From contig NC_135804.1 of the NCBI RefSeq assembly GCF_964213995.1, positions 93,558,001-93,622,000 of the forward strand: 64,000 nt of DNA, written 5' to 3'. The translations under genes were made by a program, and so were the position numbers. Within the stretch, counting starts at the first letter, position 1. Every line of letters starts with the position of its first letter. Under the pieces are notes generated by a model, which ran no database searches, had not been told where the DNA came from, and saw only the letters and a program-made list of their open reading frames with translations. This stretch comes from Mustelus asterias. Taxonomy: Eukaryota. Below, one piece after another: positions 50,669-62,449 of the stretch.

Positions 50669-51914
50669 CCAGAGAGTGCTATCATTGTCTGCCAGCATAA
50701 ATACCTTGCACCTTCTTCTCAGTAAAGCAATCAAAGCCTTCCTTTGATCTCGGATAATAAACCGGGTTTCCTGTCAGGCAAACGCCAGAAAAGTCACATG
50801 GTCCCTTTATTTATTCTCAATTTAAAATGACAATCCCAAAATATAGTAATCTTCTAAATTTCATTGTTGTAACAGTACTTCCTGGTGGTGTCTTGTTGTT
50901 GAATTCTGTAAGTTGTATAGCATGCGTTAATATCGGAGGCTTATTCAAGCTGTATTACAGTACACTCCCTGATTTGTCTGATCATCTGACACTCTGCTTT
51001 ATTTTGCCAATCATATGCACAATGATGATATTCCTAGATGGGTACACATCGCATTATACCAATGCTTAGCAGGTGCACTGTAGAGGGGTCATGAGTTAGA
51101 GAGATGAGGAGAGCAATCTTGTTCCCCAGATGCCAATTTTCACATTTTCTTCTTGGGTCAAATGATGGCAACATTATAAATTTTCTTATAATAAAGGAAT
51201 CATGCCTGCTGCCTGGGGAGTCAGCATTGGCCTGCCTGGTCCTGTGTAGGTTAACGGAGTGAATGCTCTTGCAATTAATGAATTCAGTGCATGTGCGCAA
51301 TATGTGTACAATCAATGATGCCTTGCATTTTCAGGAATCCTGCAATTTCAAAAACAATTGTTAACAGTTGGCCACAAAGAATGTGATGAAATAGCTTATC
51401 TTGTTAAATAATGTATCGTACCCGCTTGCTTCCATATTTCTGCACTCCTGACTACTGATGTCCCCTGTAGCTACCTGGGATATTTCATTAAATGCCAGGG
51501 CTGAAGTAGCCTTAACAGCATAGATGCTTCAGCATGCAGTATAATTCTATCACCACCCTAATGAACCCTAGCACATGCGAGGGATGTCCAATATTTTGAA
51601 GTTGCAAGACTGATATATGTGTCAAGTGTGATATGCAATAATCTGAGCAGCAGACATAAACAGGCTTTTTTTCGAGGCACAAATAAGCCAAATCCACATA
51701 CAGGAAAAAAAAACAAAAGGCCCATATAGAAAAAGAAAATACTGCGATCCCTTCCCACTCTCCTCTTTCCCTGCACCTCCACCTCCTTTCCTGCACCCTC
51801 ATCTTCCCTCCCAAAGGTGGGTTTATTTTCTCTCCTGTTTTTATTCTTTCTCTGTCTTTGTGCCTTTCTATCTCTCTCTCTCTTTCCTCTTCTATTCCCA
51901 GTTTCTCTTACCTT

Positions 51915-52034
51915 TAAGAAGTCTAACAACACCAGGTTAAAGTCCAACAGGTTTATTTGGTAGCAAAAGCCACTCGCTTTCGGAACAGGCTGTTCCTTCA
52001 TCAGGTGGGTGGGAGTTCTGATCACAAACTACCA
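51915..52034 (-). mobile_element. Solo PLE pLTR, family A, tail-less
   Basis: TSD TCTCTTACCTTTA (51904-51916, 52035-52047); HHR-like motif 51971-52007. Confidence 0.85.
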
Positions 52035-52243
52035 TCTCTTACCTTTAGCCCTTCTCTCTCTGATTCTTTCTTTGCTCTTCTCTCAATTTCCCTCAAATCC
52101 TTTCACATTGCAATACATCATTCAGAAGATTCCACTACCCATACATGACACCACTTCAAAAGATGCATGTGCAATGAAGACCAAAGAGATTTGTTTGGGG
52201 CAAAAGAGGATGTGAGGACATACTTTGGTTCTTTAAAGCTGAG

Positions 52244-52552
52244 GCGGTATGGTGGCACAGTGGTTCGCACTGCTGCCTCACAGCGCCAGAGACTTAGGCT
52301 TGATTCCTGGTTTGGGTCACCGTTCGTGTGGAGTCTGCACGTTCTCTCCGTGTCTGTGTGGGTTTTCTCCAGGTACTCCGGTTTCCTCCCATAGTCTGAA
52401 AGGCGTGCTGGTTAGGTGCATTGGCCATGCTAAATTCTTCCTCAGTGTACCCGAACAGGCACCGGAGTGTGGCAACTAGGGGATTTTGACTGTAACTTCA
52501 TTGCAGTGTTAATGTAAGCCTATTTGTGACACCAATAGATAAACTTTAACTT
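52244..52552 (+). mobile_element. Full-length V-SINE-like SINE (TAAACTTT tail)
   Basis: tRNA head GGTGGCACAGTGGTTCGC, V-like core, GAACAGGCACCGGAGTGTGGC tail. Confidence 0.88.
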
Positions 52553-52969
52553 AAATTGCTGGACTTGGAAATTAAAGAAATGTTGTCCTGATGGCTCAAA
52601 ATCCACCACCGCAGCCTTAATTGAGCCAAGGAACATTTCATAGGTATTGTAGACACTGAATTCAGCACCATCAACAAATGAAAAGTAGTCACTCAAAGTA
52701 TTAAAGTAGCTCACAGGACATATTTAGCCAAAGGATTTCTTGGATATCACAGGACACTGAAAAGTCAATGTAAGCTCACATTTGCCTTCATAGATGGTCA
52801 CAATTTTTGTCTGCTGTAATCTGACATGTCTGGCTTCACTTGCTTTCTCCTCCTATTCCAAACAGTATAAACATAAAGAGTGATTTCCGAGGGAATAACC
52901 ACTTCCTCAATTTAATAGCTTGCCACAAGGAACCCCAGCAAACTGCCAAAATCAACAAAACCAACAACA

Positions 52970-55760
52970 ATGTATCGCTGCATTAGACCTTTAACAGAAT
53001 GAAATGGCCAAAGGTGCTTCACGAGATGTAAAAAGAAATGACAGCAAGCTACATAAAGTGACATTAGTCAAAATGACCAAAAACTTGATCTAAGAGATAG
53101 ATTTTAAGGAGTGCTTAAAGCAGGGAAGCGTAGTACAGAGATGGAAAGGTGTAGGAGGGAATTCCTGAGCTTGAGGCCCAGACAACTGAAGGCACAGCCA
53201 TTAATGATGGAGCAAGATAATTGGGAATGCACAAGAGGCCAGAGTCAGATATCTCAAGGGGTTGTGGGGATCTAGTGATAGGAAGTGGGAGGGCATGAAG
53301 AGATTTGAAAAGGATAAGATCGAGAGCCAGTGTATTTCAGTGAGAACAGGGGAGATTGAAGAAAGGGATTTGTTGTGAATTAAGACAAGGGAAGCAGAGT
53401 TCACATGGGAAGCCAGCCAGCAGTGCGAAGGAATCATCAAGTCTAGAAGTAACAAATGCAGGTTGATGGGGTTGAAGGCCGATAAATCCCTAGGGCCTGA
53501 TAATCTACATCCCAGAGGACTTGAGAAAGTAATCCTAGAAATAATGGATACATCGGAGGTCATCTTCCAAGATTCCTGGAACAGTTCGTACAGATTGGAA
53601 GGTAGCAAATGTAACCCCACTATGTAAAAAGGGAGGTAAAGAGAAAACAGGAATTACAGACCAGTCAGCCTGATGTTGGTAGTGGGGAGAATTCTGGAGT
53701 CCATTATCAAGGATTTTATAGCAGAGCACTTGGAAAACAGTGGAAGAATCAGACAGAGTCAGCATGGATTTACAAAAGGGAAATCATGCTTGATAAATCT
53801 ACTGGAATTCTTCGAGGGTGTAACTAATAGACTTGATGAAGGGGAACCAGTGAATGTGGTTTGTTTAGACTTTCAGAAGGCTTTCAACAAAGTTCCACAT
53901 AAGAGATTAGCATGTAAAATTAATGCACATGGTACTGAGATTGACTGAAAACTGGTTAGCAGACAAGAAACAAAGAGCAGGAATAAACTGGTAATTTTTC
54001 GAACGGCAAACAGTGACTAGTGGGGTACCACAGGGATTTGTGCTAGGTCTCCAGCTATTCACAATATATATTAATGGTTTAGATGAGGGAACGAAGTGCA
54101 ATATCTTCAAATTTGCAGATGACACAAAGCTGGATGGGAGGGTGAGCTGTGAGGAGAATGCTTCAGTGTGATTTGTCCAAGCTGAGTGAGTGGTCAAATG
54201 CATGGCAGATGCAGTATAATGTGGATAAATGTGAGGTTATCCACTTTGATACCAAAAACAGGAACGCAGATTATTATCTGAATTGCTATAAATTAAGAGA
54301 GGGGAATGTGCAACGAGATCTGGAGGTCCTCGTACATCAGTCGCTTAAGGTAAGCATGCAGGTGCAGTAGGTGGTAAAGAAGGCAAATGTATGTTGGCCT
54401 TCATAGCGAGAGGATTCGAGTACAGAAGCAGAGATGTCTTGCTGTAATTATACAGGGTCTTGATGAGGCCACACTTGGAATGTTGTGTGCAGTTTTGTCT
54501 CCTTATCTAAGGAAGGATGTTCTTGCTGTAGAGGGAGCACAGAGAAGGTTTACCAGACTGATTCCTGGGATAGCGGGACTGACTTTTGAGATCGAGTCGG
54601 TTAGGATTACATTCACTGGAGTTCAGAAGAATGAGGGGGGATCTCATAGAAACCTATAAAATTCTAACAGGACTAGGCGTGGTAGATGCATGAAGGATGT
54701 TCCTGATGATTGGATTTCCAGAACCAGGGGTCATAGTCTAAAGATACGGGGTAAACCTTTTAGGATTGAGATGACGAGAAATTTCTTCATCCAGGGAATG
54801 GTCAGCCTGTGGAATTTGCTACCACAGAAAGCAGTTGAATTCAAAACACTATGTTTTCAAGGAGTTAGATATAGTTCTTGGGGCAAAGGGAGTCAAAGGT
54901 TAGGGGGAAGGCAGGATCAGGAGTTGGGTAATTAGTTATGATCATAATGAATGGTGGAGTAGGCTCAAAGGGCCAAGTGGACTACTCCTGCTCCTATTTT
55001 ATATGTTTCCATGAAGGTTTCCTCAGCAGATGAGCTGAGACAGGGCAAAGTTAATCGTTGTTATGGAGGCTGAAATAGACAGTCTTACTGATGGCAGGAA
55101 TACAAGGTTGGAAAATAAACAGATATTAGTTCACATAAGGAGATATTGGCTTCAGTCTTCTCAATATTTAACAGAGTAAATTTTTGCTCATCCAGCCAGA
55201 TAAGCAGCTTGACAATTTAGCAACAGTGGAGGAATTGAAGAGGTGATCGTGTTGTCAATGCATATGTGAAAATTATCGTGCTTTTGGATAATGCCTCCAA
55301 GGGGCAGCATGGAGTTGAGAAATAGGAGGGGGCCAAGGATTAATCCTTGCAGAACGCCAAAGGTAACAGCATAGGAATAGGAACAGGAGCCACTACAACT
55401 GAGTCTCTGGCTGTGCTAGCTGGATAGGAATGGAACTGGGTGAGAGCAATCCCACCCATCTGTAGGACAATGGAGAACGGTTGGCGGAGGATGGTGTGGT
55501 TAACCATGTCAAAAGTTGCAGACAGGCTGAAGAAAGACGAAGAGGGGAAGTCTAGCTTAGACACAGTAACATAGGATATCAATTGTGACTTTGGTAAGAG
55601 CTATTTTGATACTGTGGCAGAAACCTGATTTGAGTTATTCAAATATGCAGATCCAGGAAAGATGGGAATGGATTTGGGGTGCAACATATTGAAGAATTTA
55701 AGATTGAAAAGGGAGTTGAGATTAGGGACAGTAGTTTGCAAGGACAGATGTGTCAAAGGG
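52970..55760 (-). mobile_element. Old L2-clade LINE fragment split by a CR1
   Basis: ORF 55340-55582 SLSATFDMVNHTILRQ..GGIALTQFHSY (L2 RT LSAAFDTVDH-like); ISPVLTEIHWL at ~53330. Confidence 0.7.
53462..55010 (+). mobile_element. 5'-truncated CR1 LINE nested in the L2
   Basis: QSQHGFTKGKSCLINLLEFFE, LDFQKAFNKVPHKRL, KFADDTK; flanks ATGCAGGTT / ATGAAGGTT. Confidence 0.9.
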
Positions 55761-55767
55761 ATGATGA

Positions 55768-56295
55768 CATAGAAACATAGAAAGTATTGAGCAGGAGTAG
55801 GCCATTCGGCCCCTTGGGCCTGCTCCATAATTCAATACGATTGAGGCTTATCCTCTATCTCAATCTATACTCCCGCCCTCTCCCCATACCCCTTGACTAC
55901 TTTAGTGCCTATAAATCAATCTATTTCCTTCTTAAATATATTCAGCGACTTGGCCTCCTCTTGTGGTAGAGAGTTCCACAGGTTCACCACCCCAAGGGAA
56001 GAAGTTTCTCGTCACCTCATCCATACGAGCTCAGTCCATATCTTGAGACAGTGACACCTTCTTCTAGGCCTCCCAGCCAAGGGGAAAAACATCCCAGCAT
56101 CCATTCTGACCAGCCCTGCCACAATTTGATATGTTTCAATAAGATCCTCTCTCATTCTTCTAAACTCCAGTGAAAACAGGCCTAATCGACCTAATCGCTC
56201 CTCGTACAACAATCCTGCCATCCCAGGAATCAGTCTGCTGAAACTTTGCTGTACTCCCTTTATATCTTTTCTTTGATAAGGAGAACAAAACTGCT
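55768..56295 (-). mobile_element. CR1 LINE 3' fragment
   Basis: MAGLLYEERLGRLGLFSLEFRRMREDLIETY; (CATAGAAA)n tail. Confidence 0.85.
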
Positions 56296-57084
56296 TGTGT
56301 GCGAGTACCCCAGAATTTCATGGTCTGGAGCTTGTAAGACCCTGCTGGAATACTCCCTTGGAGTCACACTAACAGTCACCCTAACAGTGTGCTGATGTTA
56401 GGGTGATGGGCAAGGCGCTTCTAGATGGCCACACTTGAAAATGTAACAGATGAAATGACATGTGACTGGACATGAAGGATCTGCATGTGGGGTCCTGATA
56501 CCAGCCCCTGAGGTGCCGTGCTCATTTCATTTGCTGTACTCTGACCTGTTGTTGCAGTAAAGATACTGACATCCACAAGGCTGGAGATGGAGTATCTTTG
56601 CAAACAGTGAATATCAGCTGTGTGGACACTCCTGATGGTTGCAATCGGCAGACTTCAGCACCTGAAGTTTCCTATGGAAATCTCTCAACGGACCACATCT
56701 GACAGCAAATATAACCAGGTGGCCAACATTTAAAACTTTAACTCACATCACAAGGCAATGAAGTCTCCTCCCATGCAGCCTTGCCATCCTTCATAATGTC
56801 CTCCCGGGTCACTGAGTGACTCCCAGGGTGACCCTTTATGTAAGGCCTGAGTCATGAAAAGCCCAACTCCTAAATTGGTCCTACCTCCTGCATCCAAAGA
56901 GTTTCTGGGGTCGGCTGGCCTGACATCAGCCCTGCACAAGCCTCCCAGCTCCTGAGGCTCTTTAACCCGAAGTGGGAGTACCAAGTTGGAAATGTTCCCA
57001 CACGAAGGCTGAAACTTCAGCCCTCTATTTTCTTTGTAAAGTGGAATGTTGCCTATATAATCAATGACAACATATAATTTTAAA

Positions 57085-57470
57085 TTTGTTTTGATTTATT
57101 GTCACATGTATTAGTATACAGTGAAAAGTATGGTTCCTTGCATGCTCTACAGACAAAGCACATAATTCATAGAGAAGGAAAGGAGAGAGTGCAGAATGTA
57201 ATGTTGCAGTCATAGCTAGGGTGTAGAGAAAGATCAACTTAATGCAAGGTAAGTTCATTCAAAAGTCTGACAGCAGCAGGGAAGAAGCTGTTCTTGAGTC
57301 GGTTGGTACGTGATCTCAGACTTTTGTATTTTTTTCCCGACAGAAGAAGGTGGAAGAGAGAATGTCCGGGGTGGGTGGGGTCCTTAATTATGCTGGCTGC
57401 TTTGCCGAGGCAGTGGGAAGTGTAGACAGAGTCAATGGATGGGAGGCTGGTTTGCGTGATGGATTGAGCT
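57085..57470 (-). mobile_element. Rex1/Babar-type LINE 3' fragment
   Basis: AQSITQTSLPSIDSVYTSHCLGKAASIIKDPTHPGHSLFHLL; same family as 14250-14852. Confidence 0.8.
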
Positions 57471-58289
57471 TCAAGCAAGTTACAAACAGGAGGACCCTCA
57501 GCCCCTTGTCGTTCTACATCCAGAAAAAATTGGAAACTGGGGTGGGTGAGAAATGCAGAAATGGGAGAGAAAATGCCAACTGCAGATCCATCATGGTGGA
57601 AGGAAAAGCGCAATTTGAAACCTGGCTGTTTTTCTACAAGCCATGCCAGCCTCCTTTCACATTCAGATTAATGCAGGATTTTCATCAGTGTAGATCCCAA
57701 GGTAAAACATTCCAGGGCTTACTGTGCATGTGTTGGCCCAGCATCAGATTGTCTTCCTTACATCAATCACCTGCACTGTCAGAATCTCCAAAGGTATGCC
57801 CAGTCTTACCACTTTGTGTGGTGTTATTTAAATAGCAGCAGCAACCAAACGTTGTGAAGGAAAATACTGGAAGAAATAAAATGTGCAAAATTGATGGCCA
57901 GGATTTTCTGTTCCTGTTTGTATGGGGCGTGTTTGGCAATGGGAGCGGAAAATGTCACAGTGGAGTGATAGCTTGCTGCGATCGCCCACCATCCCTGTCA
58001 GTGGTGGGTCATGCTTCCGGGAATCTTATTAAAATACATTAGCATCTCATTAACGCCAGTATCATACTCTCCATCACCAAACCCATCCACAGCAGCAGGA
58101 TGTCAGAATCACCACTAGTTTCAAAAGACGAGTACCTGGCAAGCAGACCTCGGAGCAGAGGATGGGGGTAAGCGCAGCGCTCACAGAGCAGCTGTGTGTG
58201 TTCAGTGGGGAGAAGGGTTTCTGGGTTTGAATTGAGGCTTGATTCTGAGGGTTCCACGATTTGAATCTGGCGTACTGGGATAAGACTCG

Positions 58290-58845
58290 GGAGACTGGGG
58301 ATTTGACTCGAAGGGAGACCGGGCCAAGGCCTGAAGGGAGACCGGGGCAAGGCCCGAAGGAAGACCAGGCCAAGGCCCGAAGGGAGACCACGGCAAGGCC
58401 TGAAGGGAGACCAGGGCAAGGCCCGAAGGGAGATTTGGGTAAGGCTCGAAGAGAAACTGGGGTAAGGCTCGAAGGGAGACCGGGGCAAGGCCTGAAGGGA
58501 GACCGGGCCAAGGCTCGAAGGGAGACCGGGGATTTGACTTGAAGGGAGACCGGGTCAAGGCTCGAAGGGAGATCGGAGATTTGACTTGAAGGGAGACTGG
58601 GGTAAGGCTCGAAGGGAGACCGGGTAAGGCCCGAAGGGAGACAGGGGCAAGGCCCGAAGGGAGACCGGGGCAAAGCCTGAAGGGAGAATGGGCCAAGGCC
58701 CGAAGGGAGACCGGGGTAAGGCTCAAAGGGAGACTAGGCCAAGGCTCGAAGAGAGGCCAAGGATTTGACTTGAAGGGAGACTGGGGTAAGGCTCGAAGGG
58801 AGACCAGGGTAAGGCTCAAAGGGAGATTGGGGTAAAATTGGAAGG
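58290..58845. repeat. 23-bp GC-rich minisatellite CGAAGGGAGACCGGGGCAAGGCY
   Basis: About 24 tandem copies with recurrent GATTTGACT and GGGTAAGGCT variants. Confidence 0.92.
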
Positions 58846-59949
58846 GTGCCAAGGGGTTGACTCCAGGGTACCACGAGTCTGACTGCAGCTTACTGAGGGC
58901 TGACTCCAGGGTACTAGGGACCTACTTGGGTGAGACCCAGGGGTTTGATTGTCAAGTGTGAAAACTTCTTGAGGATGCCTTCTGCTGCCGGGCTATGGAC
59001 TTCTTATAAGGGTCTCACATAGGGAAGCCTGGAGCAATGCCTTGGGTGGCGGTGAGTCATCATGGATTGACAGTTCCACTCAAATATTGGGGGGGTGGGG
59101 CAGTCTGGGGTGCGCATCTGGGGTGCGCGTCTGGATGTTGCCAAAGACGAGACTGATTGAAAGACCTGTCAGTGATCAGTACCCTGTCACAGCTGAGACA
59201 GTTCAGCCATAACTCAATTGACATGCCTGGAATCAAACTACTCACTCAATTATGCCCACTCAAGCACCACTTAAGTGTATGAGTGCTACTGATCACTACT
59301 CAGCACTTAACACTGATGCATTGGCTTCCAAAATCGATGACTGCCATGGTGTGCCTACACCATTGCCTGACTGGGCAAGCAATGAATATCACATTAGAGT
59401 GTTGGCAATGGTACACTACCCGAGAAGAGCTCCTAATCCTTGGTTGTGTGCTGAGGTGCAGAGTAACAAGTGCCCCCCATAGATCCGGTTGAGCTCAAGG
59501 CCTTGGAGAGAATCTTAGGACAAATGCCTGTGCCTGAGGTGAGAGCTCAGGATGCAGTATAGAGAGGCCAAAGCTGTGCCACTCAGCCATGTGGTGTGGG
59601 ACAGGGTGGTCTGGGATGTTGCAAAAGCAGAATGCAAAGTAAGGACAGGGCATCAATGTTGTGACCAGGACATGAGTCAGTGTGGGCTTTGAGAGGCAGT
59701 TTCAGATGATGAATGGACAAAGAGTGGTTCTCAGCAGACAAATGCTACCTGCCAAGTCTCGCTCTTCTACGCTGCAGTGAGGAGACTGTCAGGGATATGG
59801 AGCCTGGTAATCTCGCTGTCATTTTTCTTGCATATAGGCAGGAGAGAAGAGGAGGAAAATGTTAACAGAGGCGCCTGACTCACCAAAGGCAGGAACAGAA
59901 CCATGAAGAGGAAGAGGTTGCAGGGCCTTCTTCACATGCCGAGGATGAG

Positions 59950-60800
59950 AGAGCTGTCATTCGTAGACACCTGACTAGACCCAAGGTCTACAGATGGTGC
60001 CTGACATACCTCGAGATGTCTGGGAACCAGTGTCGCCAAAGACTATGCATGTCCAAGGAACTGGTTGGCCACATCTGCCACTTTCTGCAGGATTTGGCAC
60101 CATGGGAATTGGGGAGCATCCTCTGCCAGTATCTCCCAAAGTTACTGTGGTGTACATTTTTTACACCAGTGGCTCCTTTCAGGACTCCACAGGTGACCTC
60201 TGCAGGATTTCACAAGTCTCCGCACAAATGCATACAAGTGGTCATGGACACAATCTTCACGAGAACACACAACTTTGTCTGTTTTGACAGGGATCAGACC
60301 AAACCACAATGCAAGAATGATGGGATTTACACAGATCTCTGGTTTTCTGTCAGTGCAGGGTGCAATCAACTGCTCTCGCGTGGCACTCAGAACTCCATGG
60401 CATCAAGCAGTTAACTATGTGAACCGCAAGGGCTTCCACTTACTGAGTGTTCAGTTGACCTGAGACCATGATAAATGCATGCTGCAGGTATGTGCTCAAA
60501 TCCCTGGGAATATGCAGGACTCCTACATTCTGAGCTGCTTTCAAATCCCTGACATGTTTCAGAGTCCACGGAGACTGTAGGATTGGCTTCTTGGGGACAA
60601 GGGCTACAAACTGAGGATATGGCGGATGATGCCTGTGCAGAGGCCACAGAGCGCAGCTAAGACAAGGTACAGTGTGGCTGATGCTGCAACTCGCACTTTG
60701 GTGAAGCAGAACATAGGGGTGCTGAAGATGAGGTTTTGATGCTTGGACCTGTCTAGTGGAGCCCTTCAACTCAATCTGTAGAAGGTGTTATGCTTCATAG
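59950..60800 (+). pseudogene. Harbinger DDE transposase pseudogene
   Basis: MSGNQCRQRLCMSKE, FYTSGSFQDSTGDLCRISQ, SGFLSVQGAINCSRVAL, YVNRKGFH, PGNMQDSYIL, WLLGDKGY, IGVLKMRF*CLDLSSGALQ; multiple frameshifts and stops. Confidence 0.9.
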
Positions 60801-61171
60801 GTGATAAGAACATCCAGTGTGGACATCCCATTACCTTCACATGAGCAGTGCTCTCCCGCCTGACAGATGACATGGCATACACTCTCTCTGATAAGGCTCC
60901 TGTCATGGGGACATAGCGGATGCCCATAGTCCCTACATTGCAGGAGGATAGTGGTAGATCCTCACTTCTGTGAGCTTCTGTGAATGTTCGACTCCTGTCT
61001 GGCTGATGGCAGCTCGCTTGCTTTCAATGATGAGAGTCATAACTTGGCAATACAACGGGAAAAGTTTAACCACAGCATCCTTCTTGAGCTGCAACCTTGA
61101 GATTCTGCATCACTGAAGCTGGGGATATATGGGGTAGGGGGAGGCATCTCAAAGGTGCTGAGAACACATAT

Positions 61172-61990
61172 GGACAGATGAAGTTTAATTTAGATAAATG
61201 CAAGGTGATACATTTTGGTAGATTGAACCAGGGCAGGACTTACTCAGTTAATGGTAGGGCGTTGGGGAGAGTTACAGAACAAAGAGATCTAGAGGTACAT
61301 GTTCATAGCTCCTTGAAAGTGGAGTCACAGGTGGACAGAGTGGCGAAGAAAGCATTCGGCATGCTTGGTTTCATAGGTCAGAACATTGAATGCAGGAGTT
61401 GGGACGTCTTGTTGAAGTTGTACAAGACATTGGTAAGGCCACACTTGGAATACTGTGTACAGCTCTGCTCACCCTATTATAGAAAGGATATTATTAAACT
61501 AGAAAGAGAGCAGAAGAGATTTACTAGGATGTTACTGGGACTTGATGGATTGAGTTATTAGGAGGGTCTGGATAGACTGGGACTTTTTTGTCTGGAGCGT
61601 AGAAGGCTGAGGGGTGATCTTATAGAGGTCTGCAAAATAATGAGGGGCACAGATCAGCTAGATAGTCAATATCTTTTCCCAAAGGGAGGGGAGTCTAAAA
61701 CTAGAGGGCATATGTTTAAGGTGAGAGGGGAGAGATACAAAAGTGTCCAGAGGGGCAATTTTTTCACACAGAGGTTGATGAGTGTCTGGAACAAGCTGCC
61801 AGAGGTAGTAGTAGAGGCGGGTACAATTTTGTCTTTTAAAAAGCATTTAGACAGTTACATGGGTACGATGGGTATCGAGGGATATGGGCTAAATGCGGGC
61901 AATTGGGATTACTTTAGAGGTTTTAAAAAAGGGGCAGCATGGACAAGTTGGACCGAGGGCCTGTTTCCATGCTGTAAACCTCTATGACGG
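61172..61990 (+). mobile_element. CR1 LINE 3' fragment, same subfamily as 26194-28240
   Basis: ORFs 61097-61561 and 61640-61987 nearly identical to 27151-27789 and 27871-28143. Confidence 0.93.
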
Positions 61991-62111
61991 ACAATGACTG
62001 GAATGAGTGACGTTGGCCCTTTACTATGCGCGAGACATCCTCATTACTTACAAGGCAGGCATGTGTTCAGTCACTATGAAGGAATGCCACCAATGGTGCT
62101 GCATCTCCGGC

Positions 62112-62262
62112 TGCTCCAGTTTCCTCCCACATTCTGAAAGACGTGCTGGTTAGGTACATTGACCCGAACAGGCGCCGGACGGTGGCAACTGGGGGAATTT
62201 CACAGTAACTTCATTGCAGCGTTAATGTAAGCCTTACTTGTGACTAATAAATAAACTTTTAC
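62112..62262 (+). mobile_element. V-SINE-like 3' fragment
   Basis: GCTCCAGTTTCCTCCCAC..GAACAGGCGCCGG..TAATAAATAAACTTT. Confidence 0.8.
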
Positions 62263-62449
62263 TTCAATGTGGAAACCTTGCACAAAGCACAGGAAGGAAG
62301 CCCTGCACTGAGCACCTGACTTTATAATGTGCAGGAATCAGGTTTTCACTTCTGAATTACAGGAACACAGCTCATCAGAACAAGGGGCCATAGAAAGGGT
62401 GCAATTAGTGGGAGTTTATTTACAGAGGTGAATGTTATGTACAAGTGCT

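Noticed and set aside
56300-56730. Possible RTE-type LINE remnant
   Set aside because: Similarity too faint to support by eye.
58039-58852. Pro/Ser-rich repetitive ORFs and a CRISPR-like periodic look
   Set aside because: Head-to-tail 23-bp minisatellite without unique spacers; eukaryotic context, no cas genes.
59950-60800. Possible domesticated HARBI1 gene
   Set aside because: Multiple stops and frameshifts, first catalytic Asp reads Asn (GAINC), and it lies within a TIR-bearing element.
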